From Trueperaceae bacterium (lineage in GTDB: Bacteria > Deinococcota > Deinococci > Deinococcales > Trueperaceae): 64,000 bases of DNA. Numbering within the stretch: the first letter of the stretch is position 1; each line of letters begins with the position of its first letter. Positions 9,044 through 18,598 of the stretch are shown one piece after another. The stretch lies in contig CBDCDZ010000004.1 in assembly GCA_965215565.1 (NCBI GenBank), positions 192,001 to 256,000 of the forward strand, read 5' to 3'. The notes under the pieces are model-generated. The model did not search any database and was not told the DNA's origin. It saw only the letters and a program-made list of their open reading frames with translations. Both the position numbers and the translations under genes were made by a program.

Positions 9044-9985
9044 TTACGAGACGACGTTCTCGAGTTCCTCCCCTGCTAAAAAACGCGCCACGTTCCGTTC
9101 GATGAGGTCCTCTGCGCCGCGCGGTCTGCCCCCGGCAGCGTGCGGCGAGATAAAGGCGTTGTCTAGGTCCCAAAGAGGTGAGTCGCTCGGCAGCGGCTCC
9201 GTCTCGAACACGTCCAACATCGCGCCTGCAATTCTCTTCTCCTTCAAAGCGTCAGCGAGCGCCACCTCGTCAACGGTGTCGCCGCGCCCGACGTTGACGA
9301 GCCACGCGTGAGCGGGGAGCTGCGCTAACTTCTGCGCGCCGAGCGCGTGCTTCGTCGCGTCCGTGGAGGGCAGAATCATCACGAGCGCGTCGGTACGGGG
9401 TAGCAGCTCTGACAAGTCGTCCTCTTTGCGGACTGGGAAGCCCGCGCGTTCGCCCTCGCTGCGGGCGACGCCCGTGACTTTTGCGCCCAAAGTCTCGAGG
9501 AGGGGCGCGAGCGTCTGCCCGATGCTGCCGAAGCCCCAGATGGTGACGTTCGCGTCTTCCAAGGTGCGAAAGTCATCCCTGGGTTTGACGGGCTGCACGC
9601 CGCCGAGTTTACCAGGCCAGCGCCCTTCGCGCTGCGCGTCGCGCATCTCGTGAAAGCGCCGCGCCGCGACGAGCAGAAGCCCGAGCGCGTGCTCCGCTAC
9701 CGTCCGGTCGTGCAGCCCGCTCCCCGAAGTGACGATGATGTCCGAGTCGAAACCTGCCCCCAAAACCTTGTCCGGTCCCGCCGCCAACGACTGAATCCAT
9801 CTGAGCCTTGTGAGGCGCGCCGCCGTGTCGCGGAGCATCTCGGGCGTGTTGCCCCATACGACGAGCACCTCGGCGTCCTCATGCTCGGATGGGAGAGGTT
9901 GGTCAGTCGCGTAGGGGTGAGCCTCGACCTCGCTAGGCAAGGCGGAGAGGTCTAGGCCCGTGGAGGTAGGGTAGAGTAGCTTCAT
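9044..9985 (-). CDS. D-2-hydroxyacid dehydrogenase, NAD(P)-dependent
   Basis: GFGSIG, LVNVGRG, LDVFETEPLP, SPHAAG. Confidence 0.92.
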   Translation of the reverse strand: MKLLYPTSTGLDLSALPSEVEAHPYATDQPLPSEHEDAEVLVVWGNTPEMLRDTAARLTRLRWIQSLAAGPDKVLGAGFDSDIIVTSGSGLHDRTVAEHALGLLLVAARRFHEMRDAQREGRWPGKLGGVQPVKPRDDFRTLEDANVTIWGFGSIGQTLAPLLETLGAKVTGVARSEGERAGFPVRKEDDLSELLPRTDALVMILPSTDATKHALGAQKLAQLPAHAWLVNVGRGDTVDEVALADALKEKRIAGAMLDVFETEPLPSDSPLWDLDNAFISPHAAGGRPRGAEDLIERNVARFLAGEELENVVS

Positions 9986-10037
9986 AGCGCTACCTTATCA
10001 GAGTTTGGGGCGTCTGCGTCCTTGGGGGCGTCAGCAG

Positions 10038-10214
10038 AGAGGCTGCCCTGACTTCGGGCAGCCTCCGCGCACTTGATTGGGATATTCATCCTACCTCTTC
10101 GGGCGACGCCGCTACGTCAGGTATGCACCGAAACGGCTACCGGGGTCGGCGTCAGCGCTGTGAAGTGAGGCAAAATGCATCTCCCGCCCATATAGATCTG
10201 CTCTAGGATGAACC
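10038..10214 (-). ncRNA. Candidate structured ncRNA (6S-like?) ending in a GC-rich hairpin
   Basis: Long complementary blocks with G-U pairs on the minus strand (see findings); hairpin GAGGCTGCCC/GGGCAGCCTC at ~10039-10065. Confidence 0.35.
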
Positions 10215-10215
10215 T

Positions 10216-11865
10216 ATGGTCTGGTTTGTACCTTTTGCTATATCTATATTCGTTATATCTATAAGAGAACGGCACCCTGGCGCTTACGCCCGGCGCGCCA
10301 CCTTCGCGCTCGTCCTGCTCGCATCGGTGCTCACGTCCGCCGCTGCGCAGGGCGGCTTCAACGCAAACACTTACTATCAGCAATGCTTGCGGTTCGAGGC
10401 GGGGGGTGACCTCGAGACGGCGCGTCAGAGCTGTCTCAACGCGCTCAATATCCGCGCTGAATTCAGCGCGGCGACGCTGGCGCTCGCGCGTATCGAGCTA
10501 GGGCTCGGCAGACTCGGCGAGGCAAAGGCGCGTCTTTTGGAGCTTTCGCGGAGCGCCGCCCAAAGCGCTGAAGCGGCGTTGCTCCTCGCTGAAATTGCTC
10601 TAGAGGAGGGTGGCCTGAACGAAGCGGAGGCCTACCTGGAGCGAGCGCAGCGAGACTCGCGAGCCGGTCAATCCCTAGAGGCGCGGCAACACTTCCTCAG
10701 CGGTCAGCTCGCGCAGGCGCGTCGGCGCTCCGCTGACGCGCTCGCTTATTTTCAAAGCGCCGTCGAAGCGGAGCCGCAAAATATGACGTACCGCCTCGCG
10801 TTTGCGCGGTTGCAACTTGGACGCGGCGACGCGGCGGCGGCGGTGCAGACCTTGCAGAGCGCGTCCGGGCGCTCCGCTGACCTGCTCTCGCTGCTCGCGC
10901 AGGCGCAGTGGTTGGAGGGTGACTTGACGGGGGCGGCGCGCAACTTCGAGGCGGCCGTCGCCGCGCGGGGCTTTACGGATAGTGACAGGGCGGCGCGCGA
11001 TCTGCGCAACCTCGTTTTGGTCTATTACGGTCAAGGCGACGTGCAGCGCGGCGAACTCGCCCTTAAAACGGCGCTGCGGCGCGGCGACTTGCGCGAAACG
11101 GTCCTCGGGCAAAGCACGCTCTGGCTGGTTGGCTTCGTGGTCCTTTTGGCGCTTCACCTCATGGGGGAGAGCCGCGTCGAGCAGACCTCGAGCTTGGAGC
11201 CCACGCAACACCCCGAGCCCTGGACCGTCGGGCAGGTCTACCGCGTTCTCTTCGTCGCGCTCATCGCTGCGCTCAGCCTGGTGATTCTCTACGGCTATAT
11301 CCGCTACGAGAACCTCCTCGCTCTTTTGACGCCTTTACAAAGCGCCGAGATGAGGGCGCTCTTCTTGGCGGCGCTGGCGCTTCTGCTCGCGGGGCTCTCG
11401 CTCTGGCGCGTCACGGTGAACGGTTGGCAACCCGTCAAGACGCTCCTCGGACCCCCCTCTCAGGCACTTCTAGGCGTGGGGCTAGGCGGGCTCTTGCTCG
11501 CAGGGACGTTCGGCTTCCAAGCGTACGCGGCGGGGGCGTTCTGGGACGGACTCTACCCGGCGAACGTGCCCCTCTTTCCCGCGCTCATCGCGGTGCTCGC
11601 GCTGCCCTTCGCCGAACTCTTTTTCCGCGCCTTTGCCATTCCCTCGCTCGAGCGCCGCTACACCCCCTTCTACGGGGTGGCTATCTCGAGTGTGCTCTAC
11701 GCGCTTGTGCTCGGCACGCCGCTCTTGCTCCTCTTCATCGTTGGCACCGTCCTGGGCGTCGTCTACTGGCACACGAAGAGCGGCTTCACCCCGTTGCTCG
11801 CGCAGCTCACCTTTAACGTCGGGCTCTTGCTGAGCGCCAGCGGGCTGCTCACCCCGTTTTTTTAG
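10216..11865 (+). CDS. TPR-repeat protein fused to a C-terminal CPBP/CAAX-protease-like membrane domain (start uncertain)
   Basis: Signal-like hydrophobic segment, Ala-rich TPR helices, several TM helices, AELFFRA motif. Confidence 0.8.
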   Translation: MVWFVPFAISIFVISIRERHPGAYARRATFALVLLASVLTSAAAQGGFNANTYYQQCLRFEAGGDLETARQSCLNALNIRAEFSAATLALARIELGLGRLGEAKARLLELSRSAAQSAEAALLLAEIALEEGGLNEAEAYLERAQRDSRAGQSLEARQHFLSGQLAQARRRSADALAYFQSAVEAEPQNMTYRLAFARLQLGRGDAAAAVQTLQSASGRSADLLSLLAQAQWLEGDLTGAARNFEAAVAARGFTDSDRAARDLRNLVLVYYGQGDVQRGELALKTALRRGDLRETVLGQSTLWLVGFVVLLALHLMGESRVEQTSSLEPTQHPEPWTVGQVYRVLFVALIAALSLVILYGYIRYENLLALLTPLQSAEMRALFLAALALLLAGLSLWRVTVNGWQPVKTLLGPPSQALLGVGLGGLLLAGTFGFQAYAAGAFWDGLYPANVPLFPALIAVLALPFAELFFRAFAIPSLERRYTPFYGVAISSVLYALVLGTPLLLLFIVGTVLGVVYWHTKSGFTPLLAQLTFNVGLLLSASGLLTPFF

Positions 11866-11888
11866 GGGATTCAAAACAAGGCGTTAAA

Positions 11889-11916
11889 GGAGGGGAAGGC
11901 TCGAGCCTTCCCCTCC
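11889..11916. terminator. Perfect 28-bp palindrome between convergent genes
   Basis: GGAGGGGAAGGCTC|GAGCCTTCCCCTCC, centred on CTCGAG. Confidence 0.75.
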
Positions 11917-11972
11917 AAGTTATTCGCGGCGACGCGCTTCTAAAGCTTAACGGCGCGCTGCAAACGTGAAGG

Positions 11973-12518
11973 CTAGTCGTTAGGGTCTAAGATAACGGAC
12001 GCGCCGGAGACTCTTCGGTCAGCTTGATCAGGCGCTTCCTCGTCTCGAGTCCCTTGCGCGGACTCTTGCGCCGGCTCCGGCTGCGCGTCGAGGCTCCTTT
12101 CATACGCGCGGAGCATCCCGCGAAACTGCTCGCGGAAGAGCTTGTGCTCGCGCCTGGTGCGCTCCAACTCCGCCTTGAGGTTGTGAAGTTGCGCTTCGGC
12201 GTCGCGCAAGATATCGTCTCGCTTCGCCCTGCCCTCTTGAACGGTCAGCTCTGCCTCGCGCTGCGCCTGCTCTTTCAGCTCGTTGCCGATGCGCTCCGCT
12301 GAAACCACCGCGCGCCGCAACTCCAGCTCGCCTACCTGAAGTTCTTCGATGCGCTCGCTCTGCCCCTCCAACTCGTTTTGCAAGTCTTGATTGTCGCGCA
12401 AGAGGTCCTCAAAGGTGTCCGCGACGCGCTCCAAAAACTCGCGTACCTGTTTCTTTTTATAACCGCTCATGGCGGTGTCGAACTCCTGATGCTGAATGTC
12501 TAGCGGGCTTAGCTTCAT
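11973..12518 (-). CDS. divIVA: DivIVA domain protein
   Basis: MKLSPLDIQHQEF..GY..VREFLE followed by coiled coil. Confidence 0.9.
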   Translation of the reverse strand: MKLSPLDIQHQEFDTAMSGYKKKQVREFLERVADTFEDLLRDNQDLQNELEGQSERIEELQVGELELRRAVVSAERIGNELKEQAQREAELTVQEGRAKRDDILRDAEAQLHNLKAELERTRREHKLFREQFRGMLRAYERSLDAQPEPAQESAQGTRDEEAPDQADRRVSGASVILDPND

Positions 12519-12606
12519 GGGGAGAGTATAGCAGGTCTGGAAAATGCGCTGAAACGTTGTTTTCTATCTTTTTTTGGGAAGCGTTGCGGCGTGATTAGGA
12601 AGAGAA

Positions 12607-12680
12607 AAGCAACGAGTAGCGAGCAATGAGTGGAAGTCAAAGGCTCGAGAACTTAACGAGAGGGTGAAACCTCTTGCTCG
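12607..12680. repeat. Heptamer-built palindromic repeat, copy 2 (degenerate)
   Basis: AAGCAACGAGTAGCGAGCAATGAGT...CTCTTGCTCG. Confidence 0.65.
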
Positions 12681-12711
12681 TCTTCATAGCTTTCTCGAGC
12701 CCTTCAACTCT

Positions 12712-13347
12712 CTACTCAAACAGTGCCGAGCCGATACGTACGCACGTCGTGCCCTCTTCTACCGCAACCTCGAAGTCACCGCTCATCCCCATCGACAGTT
12801 CTTTAAGCCCTAACCTCTCGTTTAATTCCCTGAGCCTGCGGAAGACAGGGCGGGCGTCCTCGGGGTTGTCGGAGTAGGGCGCGATGGTCATGAGCCCCGC
12901 CACCTCGACGTGCGCCAAACCTTGCGCGTGCCGCACCAAGCTCTCGGCATTTGTAAGCGCTGCGCCCTCTTTGGAGTCTTCGCCCGCCACGTTGACCTCC
13001 ACCATCACCCGAAAGGTGTGCTCGCGCTTCGCGCCCTGCTTGTCTAACTCGTCGGCGAGCCGCGCCGAGTTGAGCGAGTGGATTGTGTGAAAGGGCGCGC
13101 AATACTTGACCTTGTTGCGCTGCAAGTTGCCGATAAAGTGCCACTCGGCCTGCAAGACCTCATATTTGTCCTGCCACTCCTGCACGCGGTTCTCGCCCAG
13201 AATAGCGTGACCATACTGGAGCACCGCGTCTTCGATCTCTTCGGCGCTATGTCCCTTGGTGACGGCGACGAGTTTGACCTCATTCGGGTCGCGGTCGGCG
13301 CGTTCGCAGGCTGCCTCGAGCCTTTCCCTGACCTCTTTAAGCGACAT
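12712..13347 (-). CDS. yggS: YggS family pyridoxal phosphate homeostasis protein
   Basis: LVAVTK, GENRVQE, WHFIGNLQRNKVK, LSMGMSGDFEVAVEEG, VRIGSALF. Confidence 0.96.
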   Translation of the reverse strand: MSLKEVRERLEAACERADRDPNEVKLVAVTKGHSAEEIEDAVLQYGHAILGENRVQEWQDKYEVLQAEWHFIGNLQRNKVKYCAPFHTIHSLNSARLADELDKQGAKREHTFRVMVEVNVAGEDSKEGAALTNAESLVRHAQGLAHVEVAGLMTIAPYSDNPEDARPVFRRLRELNERLGLKELSMGMSGDFEVAVEEGTTCVRIGSALFE

Positions 13348-13542
13348 CTTTAAGTAACATTGTGATCAGACATTAAGACTCAACCTCTTTGAACGCAGCG
13401 TCGTTCTTCTGTTGGGTCAAGAGGTGCGTGCGAACACTCGAGCCCGTTCTCCGCAACCTCTTCGTTAAAGAGAAGCTACAGTACCTTTCAGACATAATGA
13501 CTCGTTCATGACAATTTGTTACTCGAGCCCCACTAGACACCC

Positions 13543-14394
13543 TCACAGCTTAGGCAAAAGCGCCTTGACGAGCCGCCGAAACGCCGGACCGGACTTCGCT
13601 GCTGTTTCCAACACCTCGTCGCTGTCGGCGTGGTGCGCGCTGTCGGGCACCGCCATGTCCGTGACCGAGGAGAGTCCCAGCACGCGCATCCCTTCGTGGC
13701 GAGCGGCGATGACCTCGTGTACGGTGGACATGCCGATGGCGTCCGCACCCCACGCGCGAAAGGCGCGCAGCTCGGCGCGGCTCGCGTAGCTCGGACCGCT
13801 GATGGCTAAGTAGACCCCTTCGCGAAGCCCGATATCTTCAGCCCTCGCCGTCTGCCGCGCAAGTGCCAAGTAGTCGGGGTCGTAAGCGTCGAATAGGACC
13901 GGAAAGCGCGGTCCTAGCGCGTCGTCGTTGGGTCCGACGAGCGGGTTCGCGCCCGTGAAGTTGATGAAGTCGCGTTGGAGCATCAGCTCGCCCGCGCGCC
14001 AGTTTGGGTTGAGACCGCCACAGGCGTTCGAGACGAGCAAGGTGGACGCGCCGAGCGCGTGCATGACGCGCACCGGGAAGGCGGCGGCTTGCGCGGAGAT
14101 GCCCTCGTAGAAGTGGACGCGCCCATTCATCGCGACGATCTTTCTGCCCGCCAGTTCGCCCAGGATAAGCTCGCCCGCGTGCCCTGGCGCGGTGCTTGCG
14201 GCGAACCCTGGGATGTCGCTGTAGGAGAGCGTCGCGCTAGCGTCGATGTCGCCCGCCAAGGGACCCAAGCCGGAGCCTAGCGTAATGGCAACCTCGGGCG
14301 TGAGGTCCGTCGCCTCGCGGATTCTCGCGACTGCCTCGGTGACTTTGTCCTGCGTCAAGAGGTCCGCGTCGGGAAGGGTATGAGAGTCGGTCAT
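13543..14394 (-). CDS. punA: Purine-nucleoside phosphorylase (trimeric type)
   Basis: LGSGLG, GHAG, GRVHFYEG, GPSY, GMSTVHEV. Confidence 0.93.
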   Translation of the reverse strand: MTDSHTLPDADLLTQDKVTEAVARIREATDLTPEVAITLGSGLGPLAGDIDASATLSYSDIPGFAASTAPGHAGELILGELAGRKIVAMNGRVHFYEGISAQAAAFPVRVMHALGASTLLVSNACGGLNPNWRAGELMLQRDFINFTGANPLVGPNDDALGPRFPVLFDAYDPDYLALARQTARAEDIGLREGVYLAISGPSYASRAELRAFRAWGADAIGMSTVHEVIAARHEGMRVLGLSSVTDMAVPDSAHHADSDEVLETAAKSGPAFRRLVKALLPKL

Positions 14395-14485
14395 AGAAGC
14401 ATCATAACAACCGCGCTGGGCGCTGCAGTGGAGGCTGGGGAGCGGACCGCCGCAGGGTACACCCGCCGTGGTATGTTGGCGCTCT

Positions 14486-15766
14486 ATGGTTTACCCCGAT
14501 GTGCTCGCGATTGAACCCAAACGACTTATCGACGCCGAGCTGAGCGTCCCCGGCTCCAAAAGTTTGACGAACCGCGCCCTCATCGTCGCAGCGTTAGCGG
14601 ACGGCACCTCCGTTTTGGAGGGCGGGCTCGTCGCGGAGGACGCCGAGGTGATGCTCGGGGCGCTCCGCGCGCTCGGCTTTGGTGTCGAGGTGGACGGCGC
14701 GACCTTTACGGTGCATGGGCGAGGCGGGGAGATTCCTAGCACCTCGGCGGAGTTGGATTTGAAGCTTTCGGGCACGTCGATTCGTTTTCTCACCGCTTTA
14801 GTCGCCTTGGGAAGAGGTCACTACCGCTTGGACGGCAACGCGCGGATGCGGCAGCGTCCGATTCAGGATTTGCTGGGCGCGCTACAGCCACTTGGCGCAA
14901 CTGTGGGCACGCAGTTCGAGACGGGGTGTCCGCCCGTCATCGTCGAGGCGGCGGGGCTCTCAGGCGGCGAGGCGCGGATTGCGGGCAGCAGTTCGTCCCA
15001 ATACCTCTCCGCGCTCCTCATGGCTGCGCCTTACGCGGAGGGTCCCGTCACGCTCGAGGTCGAGGGCGAGCTGACCTCCAAACCCTTCATCGACATGACG
15101 TTGGACCTCATGAGCGATTTCGGCGCGCGTGTCGAGCGCGAGGGCTACGAGCGCTTCTCCGTCACGCCGCAGACGTACCAGCCGCAGACGTACCGCGTCG
15201 AAGGGGACGCGATGGCGGCGGGGTATTTCTGGGCGGCGGCGGCGATCACTGGGGGGCGCGTGCGTGTCGAGAACGTAGGCAGCCGCTCGTCACAAGGTGA
15301 CAAGCGCTTGGCTGACGTTTTGAGCGCGATGGGCTGCGCCGTGACCTGGACCGAGGATAGTTGCGAAGTTGCCGCGCCCGAAGGGGTGCTGAGGGGCGGC
15401 ACCTTCGACCTCAACGACATGAGCGATCAAGCGCAGACGCTCGCCGTCGTCGCGCTCTTCGCGGATAGCCCAGTGCGCATCACGAACATCTGGAACTTGC
15501 GCATCAAAGAGACCGATAGACTGCGGGCCCTCTACACCGAGCTGAGCAAGCTCGGCGCGGAGGTGGAGGAGGGCGAGGATTATATCGTCGTTTATCCGCT
15601 CGAGACCTTTTCCTCTCGGCGCGTAGAGATAGACACCTATGACGACCACCGCATGGCGATGGCGTTTGCGCTCATCGGCTTAAAGGTGCCAGGTGTTGTG
15701 ATTAGAGACCCAGGTTGCGTCCGCAAGACGTTCCCCGAGTTCTTCAAGGTGCTCGCTGCACTGTAA
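14486..15766 (+). CDS. aroA: 3-phosphoshikimate 1-carboxyvinyltransferase
   Basis: PGSKSLTNR, SGTSIRF, SSSQYLSALL, RIKETDR, DDHRMAMAF. Confidence 0.97.
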   Translation: MVYPDVLAIEPKRLIDAELSVPGSKSLTNRALIVAALADGTSVLEGGLVAEDAEVMLGALRALGFGVEVDGATFTVHGRGGEIPSTSAELDLKLSGTSIRFLTALVALGRGHYRLDGNARMRQRPIQDLLGALQPLGATVGTQFETGCPPVIVEAAGLSGGEARIAGSSSSQYLSALLMAAPYAEGPVTLEVEGELTSKPFIDMTLDLMSDFGARVEREGYERFSVTPQTYQPQTYRVEGDAMAAGYFWAAAAITGGRVRVENVGSRSSQGDKRLADVLSAMGCAVTWTEDSCEVAAPEGVLRGGTFDLNDMSDQAQTLAVVALFADSPVRITNIWNLRIKETDRLRALYTELSKLGAEVEEGEDYIVVYPLETFSSRRVEIDTYDDHRMAMAFALIGLKVPGVVIRDPGCVRKTFPEFFKVLAAL

Positions 15767-15842
15767 GCCGACGTCGCCGCTATTCTAAAAATCGCCAACA
15801 CGCAGCTTAGCGCGCACGAAGTAACGGGTTATGATGTACCTT

Positions 15843-16526
15843 ATGGACGTACTTGGTGAAGTGAGGCGCGTGGACGGTGAGGATGACCAGAAGAGTGGCA
15901 GGTTGATTGTGACCTTAGATGGTCCTGCTGCTTCGGGCAAGTCGAGCGTGGCGCGGCGCGTGGCGCAGGCGCTGGCTGTGCCTTTCGTCTCGAGCGGCCT
16001 GCTCTACCGCGCCGCAACCTATCTGGTTTTAGAACATGGCGTCAACCCGGCGGACGAACCCTCCGTGCTCGCCCTTCTAGCCCGACACGACGTCGAACTC
16101 GTCGCCCTGCAAGGTTCACCTGACCGCGTCCTCTTTGACGGAGAAGACATCTCCGCGCAGCTCCACACCACCCGGGTGGACGCGAACGTCTCCGCTGTCG
16201 CCCGTCACCCCGGCGTGCGCGCGTGGGTCAACGCGCGGCTCAGGGAGATTCGCGGCTCGTTCGTCACCGAAGGGCGCGACATGGGTAGGGTTGTGTTTCC
16301 GGGGGCGGCGCACAAGTTCTACCTGAGCGCCCCAGCCGAGGTGCGCGCGGCGCGGCGGGTGGGCGAACGCGACATGAGCTTGCAAGAGGTGACAAAGGCG
16401 CTAAAGTTGCGCGATGAGCGCGACGCAGGGCAGCTCACGCCCGCGCCCGACGCCGTCCACATCGAGACGCAGAACCTGACGCTCGAGGACGTCGTCGCCG
16501 CCATCCTCGAAGAGGTGCGGGTGTGA
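15843..16526 (+). CDS. cmk: Cytidylate kinase
   Basis: [28 protein letters not shown]; start could be 15831-15843. Confidence 0.95.
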   Translation: MDVLGEVRRVDGEDDQKSGRLIVTLDGPAASGKSSVARRVAQALAVPFVSSGLLYRAATYLVLEHGVNPADEPSVLALLARHDVELVALQGSPDRVLFDGEDISAQLHTTRVDANVSAVARHPGVRAWVNARLREIRGSFVTEGRDMGRVVFPGAAHKFYLSAPAEVRAARRVGERDMSLQEVTKALKLRDERDAGQLTPAPDAVHIETQNLTLEDVVAAILEEVRV

Positions 16527-17416
16527 ACTCCGAGTCGTTCGCTACGCCCGCCGCCGCCCTGGAGCGCGTCGTCATCACGAGTTCAAAGTATAAACCGCAA
16601 GCGCACGAACTCGTTGCGGCGGCGGCGAAAAAGTTGCGCGCGCTGGGCGCGGAGGTAACTGAAGACGCCGAAGGCGCGCTCCACCTAGCCCGAGACGCCG
16701 CCCACGCCGACCTCATCATCTCCATCGGCGGCGACGGCACGCTCCTCTCGACGGCGCGGCGTTTAGTCGGCGCTTCCGTCCCGACGATGGGCGTAAACTT
16801 GGGTAAGTTGGGCTTTTTGGCGGAGCATAGCACCGAAGATTTGTGGGCGTACCTGAGCGGCGACACCTCCGAGGAGGGCTGGCGCTTGGACCCTAAGATG
16901 ATGTTAGAAGTCGGCCTCCAACTGAACGGCGCAGCGCAAGAGACCACCCGCTACGCCCTGAATGACGTGATCATCTCGCAGGGCGTGATGACGCGCCTCG
17001 TCAGCATCGACATGGCCGTGGACAACTTCCACGCTTCGCAGTACCGCGCTGACGGGCTCGTCATCTCGACGCCCGTGGGCTCGACGGCGTACTCGCTCTC
17101 GCTGGGCGGTCCCATCTTGGCGCAAGGGCTCCGCGCCTTTGTGATTACTCCGATTGCGCCGCACTCGCTCACGAACCGCCCGATGGTCTTGGAGGGGTCC
17201 TCACGTGTCTCCTTCTGCGTGCACGGTCCCCTCAACGAGGTGGCGCTCGTCGTAGACGGTCAGGAGCGCCTAGAGCTGCAAGAGGGCGACCGCTTTACCG
17301 CCCAAGCTGCACCTACCGACTTCCTGCTCGTGTCGTCGGGCAAGCACAACTACTTCGACATCTTGCGCACGAAGCTTGCCTGGGGCGCGACGCCGGGGTT
17401 GAATGAGGCGAGTTGA
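16523..17416 (+). CDS. nadK: NAD kinase
   Basis: [36 protein letters not shown]. Confidence 0.96.
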   Translation: MNSESFATPAAALERVVITSSKYKPQAHELVAAAAKKLRALGAEVTEDAEGALHLARDAAHADLIISIGGDGTLLSTARRLVGASVPTMGVNLGKLGFLAEHSTEDLWAYLSGDTSEEGWRLDPKMMLEVGLQLNGAAQETTRYALNDVIISQGVMTRLVSIDMAVDNFHASQYRADGLVISTPVGSTAYSLSLGGPILAQGLRAFVITPIAPHSLTNRPMVLEGSSRVSFCVHGPLNEVALVVDGQERLELQEGDRFTAQAAPTDFLLVSSGKHNYFDILRTKLAWGATPGLNEAS

Positions 17417-17474
17417 GCGGTTCGTAACATCGCGCCTCTCTATAGGATTTTTGATTTTGTCGAGTTTGTATCAC

Positions 17475-17552
17475 GCAGGTATCACTATATAATGTGTGTT
17501 CTACGCGATGTTCTTGAAGGTGAGAGCGTTCGTAACCAGATGATACCTGCTA
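17475..17552. repeat. Short family-A MITE derivative with two left ends in inverted orientation
   Basis: GCAGGTATCA (17475-17484) ... TGATACCTGC (17541-17550); ACCAGATGATACCTGCTA matches the family-A end. Confidence 0.55.
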
Positions 17553-17607
17553 TAGAATCGTGAGGTGGCTTGCTGCTAGTCGCCTCATAAAGCGTCAGTC
17601 TAGGGCT

Positions 17608-18216
17608 ATGAGCAAGCTTCTTCCTGAATTTTTTCGCCGCCAAGACGAGCGTCCTGACGGTTACTTTTATCAGTACCCGCGTTTCGTCGCGCATATCGAC
17701 GAGGCGGCAATAGGTGCGGCTTACAACCTCTACGACGAGCTTTTGCCCGCTGGCGGTCACGTCTTAGACCTCATGGCGAGCCACGTCTCGCACCTGCCGG
17801 ACAAGTTCGCGGCAGTGACAGGCTTAGGGCTCAATTTAGAGGAGCTGTCGAACAACCCTCTCCTCAGCGAACCTCTCGTTTTCGACCTCAACCGCTCGGA
17901 GACGCTCCCCTTTGAGAGCGAGCGATTTGACGGCGCAGTCTGTACGGTGAGCGTGCAGTATATGACCCGCCCTGACGACACCTTTGCCGAGGTTGCGCGG
18001 AGCTTGAAGCCCAATGCGCCCTTTATCGTGACCTTTTCCAACCGGATGTTTCCTACCAAAGCCGTGCTCGCCTGGCGCGCAGGCGACGACGCCTCACACG
18101 TGCGGCTCGTACGCAGCTATTTTGAGCAAACGCCCGCGTTCGGCTCGACGTATAGCCAGCACCATCAGCCCGAGCAAGGCGACCCCCTCTACGCGGTGTG
18201 GGCGTATAAGAGGTAG
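17608..18216 (+). CDS. Class I SAM-dependent methyltransferase
   Basis: FYQYPRFVAHID, VLDLMAS, LGLN, FDGAVCTVSVQY, FSNRMFPTKAV. Confidence 0.9.
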   Translation: MSKLLPEFFRRQDERPDGYFYQYPRFVAHIDEAAIGAAYNLYDELLPAGGHVLDLMASHVSHLPDKFAAVTGLGLNLEELSNNPLLSEPLVFDLNRSETLPFESERFDGAVCTVSVQYMTRPDDTFAEVARSLKPNAPFIVTFSNRMFPTKAVLAWRAGDDASHVRLVRSYFEQTPAFGSTYSQHHQPEQGDPLYAVWAYKR

Positions 18217-18260
18217 AAAAGAAGTCGGACAGCATTGTGGTGGATGAAGGGTGATGAGGA

Positions 18261-18315
18261 ACGAGCAATGAGCAACGAGTGAAATTCTCGTTGCCCATTG
18301 CTTTTAACTCGTTGT
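18261..18315. repeat. Heptamer-built palindromic repeat, copy 3
   Basis: ACGAGCAATGAGCAACGAG...CTCGTTGCCCATTGC. Confidence 0.75.
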
Positions 18316-18339
18316 TAAATTGCTGGGTATAGCTGGTAT

Positions 18340-18493
18340 TAGCAGGTACCATCTGGTCAGAGTGTACGTAAGTTTGTCCCGGAGGGAAACTTCGTAAGCG
18401 AAGCAACACTCGCACTTTGTGAAACGATGTCGAGCACGCACTTTAAGGGATGATACTTGCGTTCAATTGTCTCAGTGTGTCGTGGAACTGCTA
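18340..18493 (+). mobile_element. MITE-like element, family A
   Basis: TAGCAGGTACCATCTGGTCAG...GTGGAACTGCTA. Confidence 0.7.
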
Positions 18494-18598
18494 TATTATC
18501 CGTGCTCCAAATGTTTTGAGCCGCTCGAGCCAATGATAGCAACCTGAGCCGCCAGTTTGAAATGTGAAAAATTTACAGCTATCCGCTATAGTGGGCGC

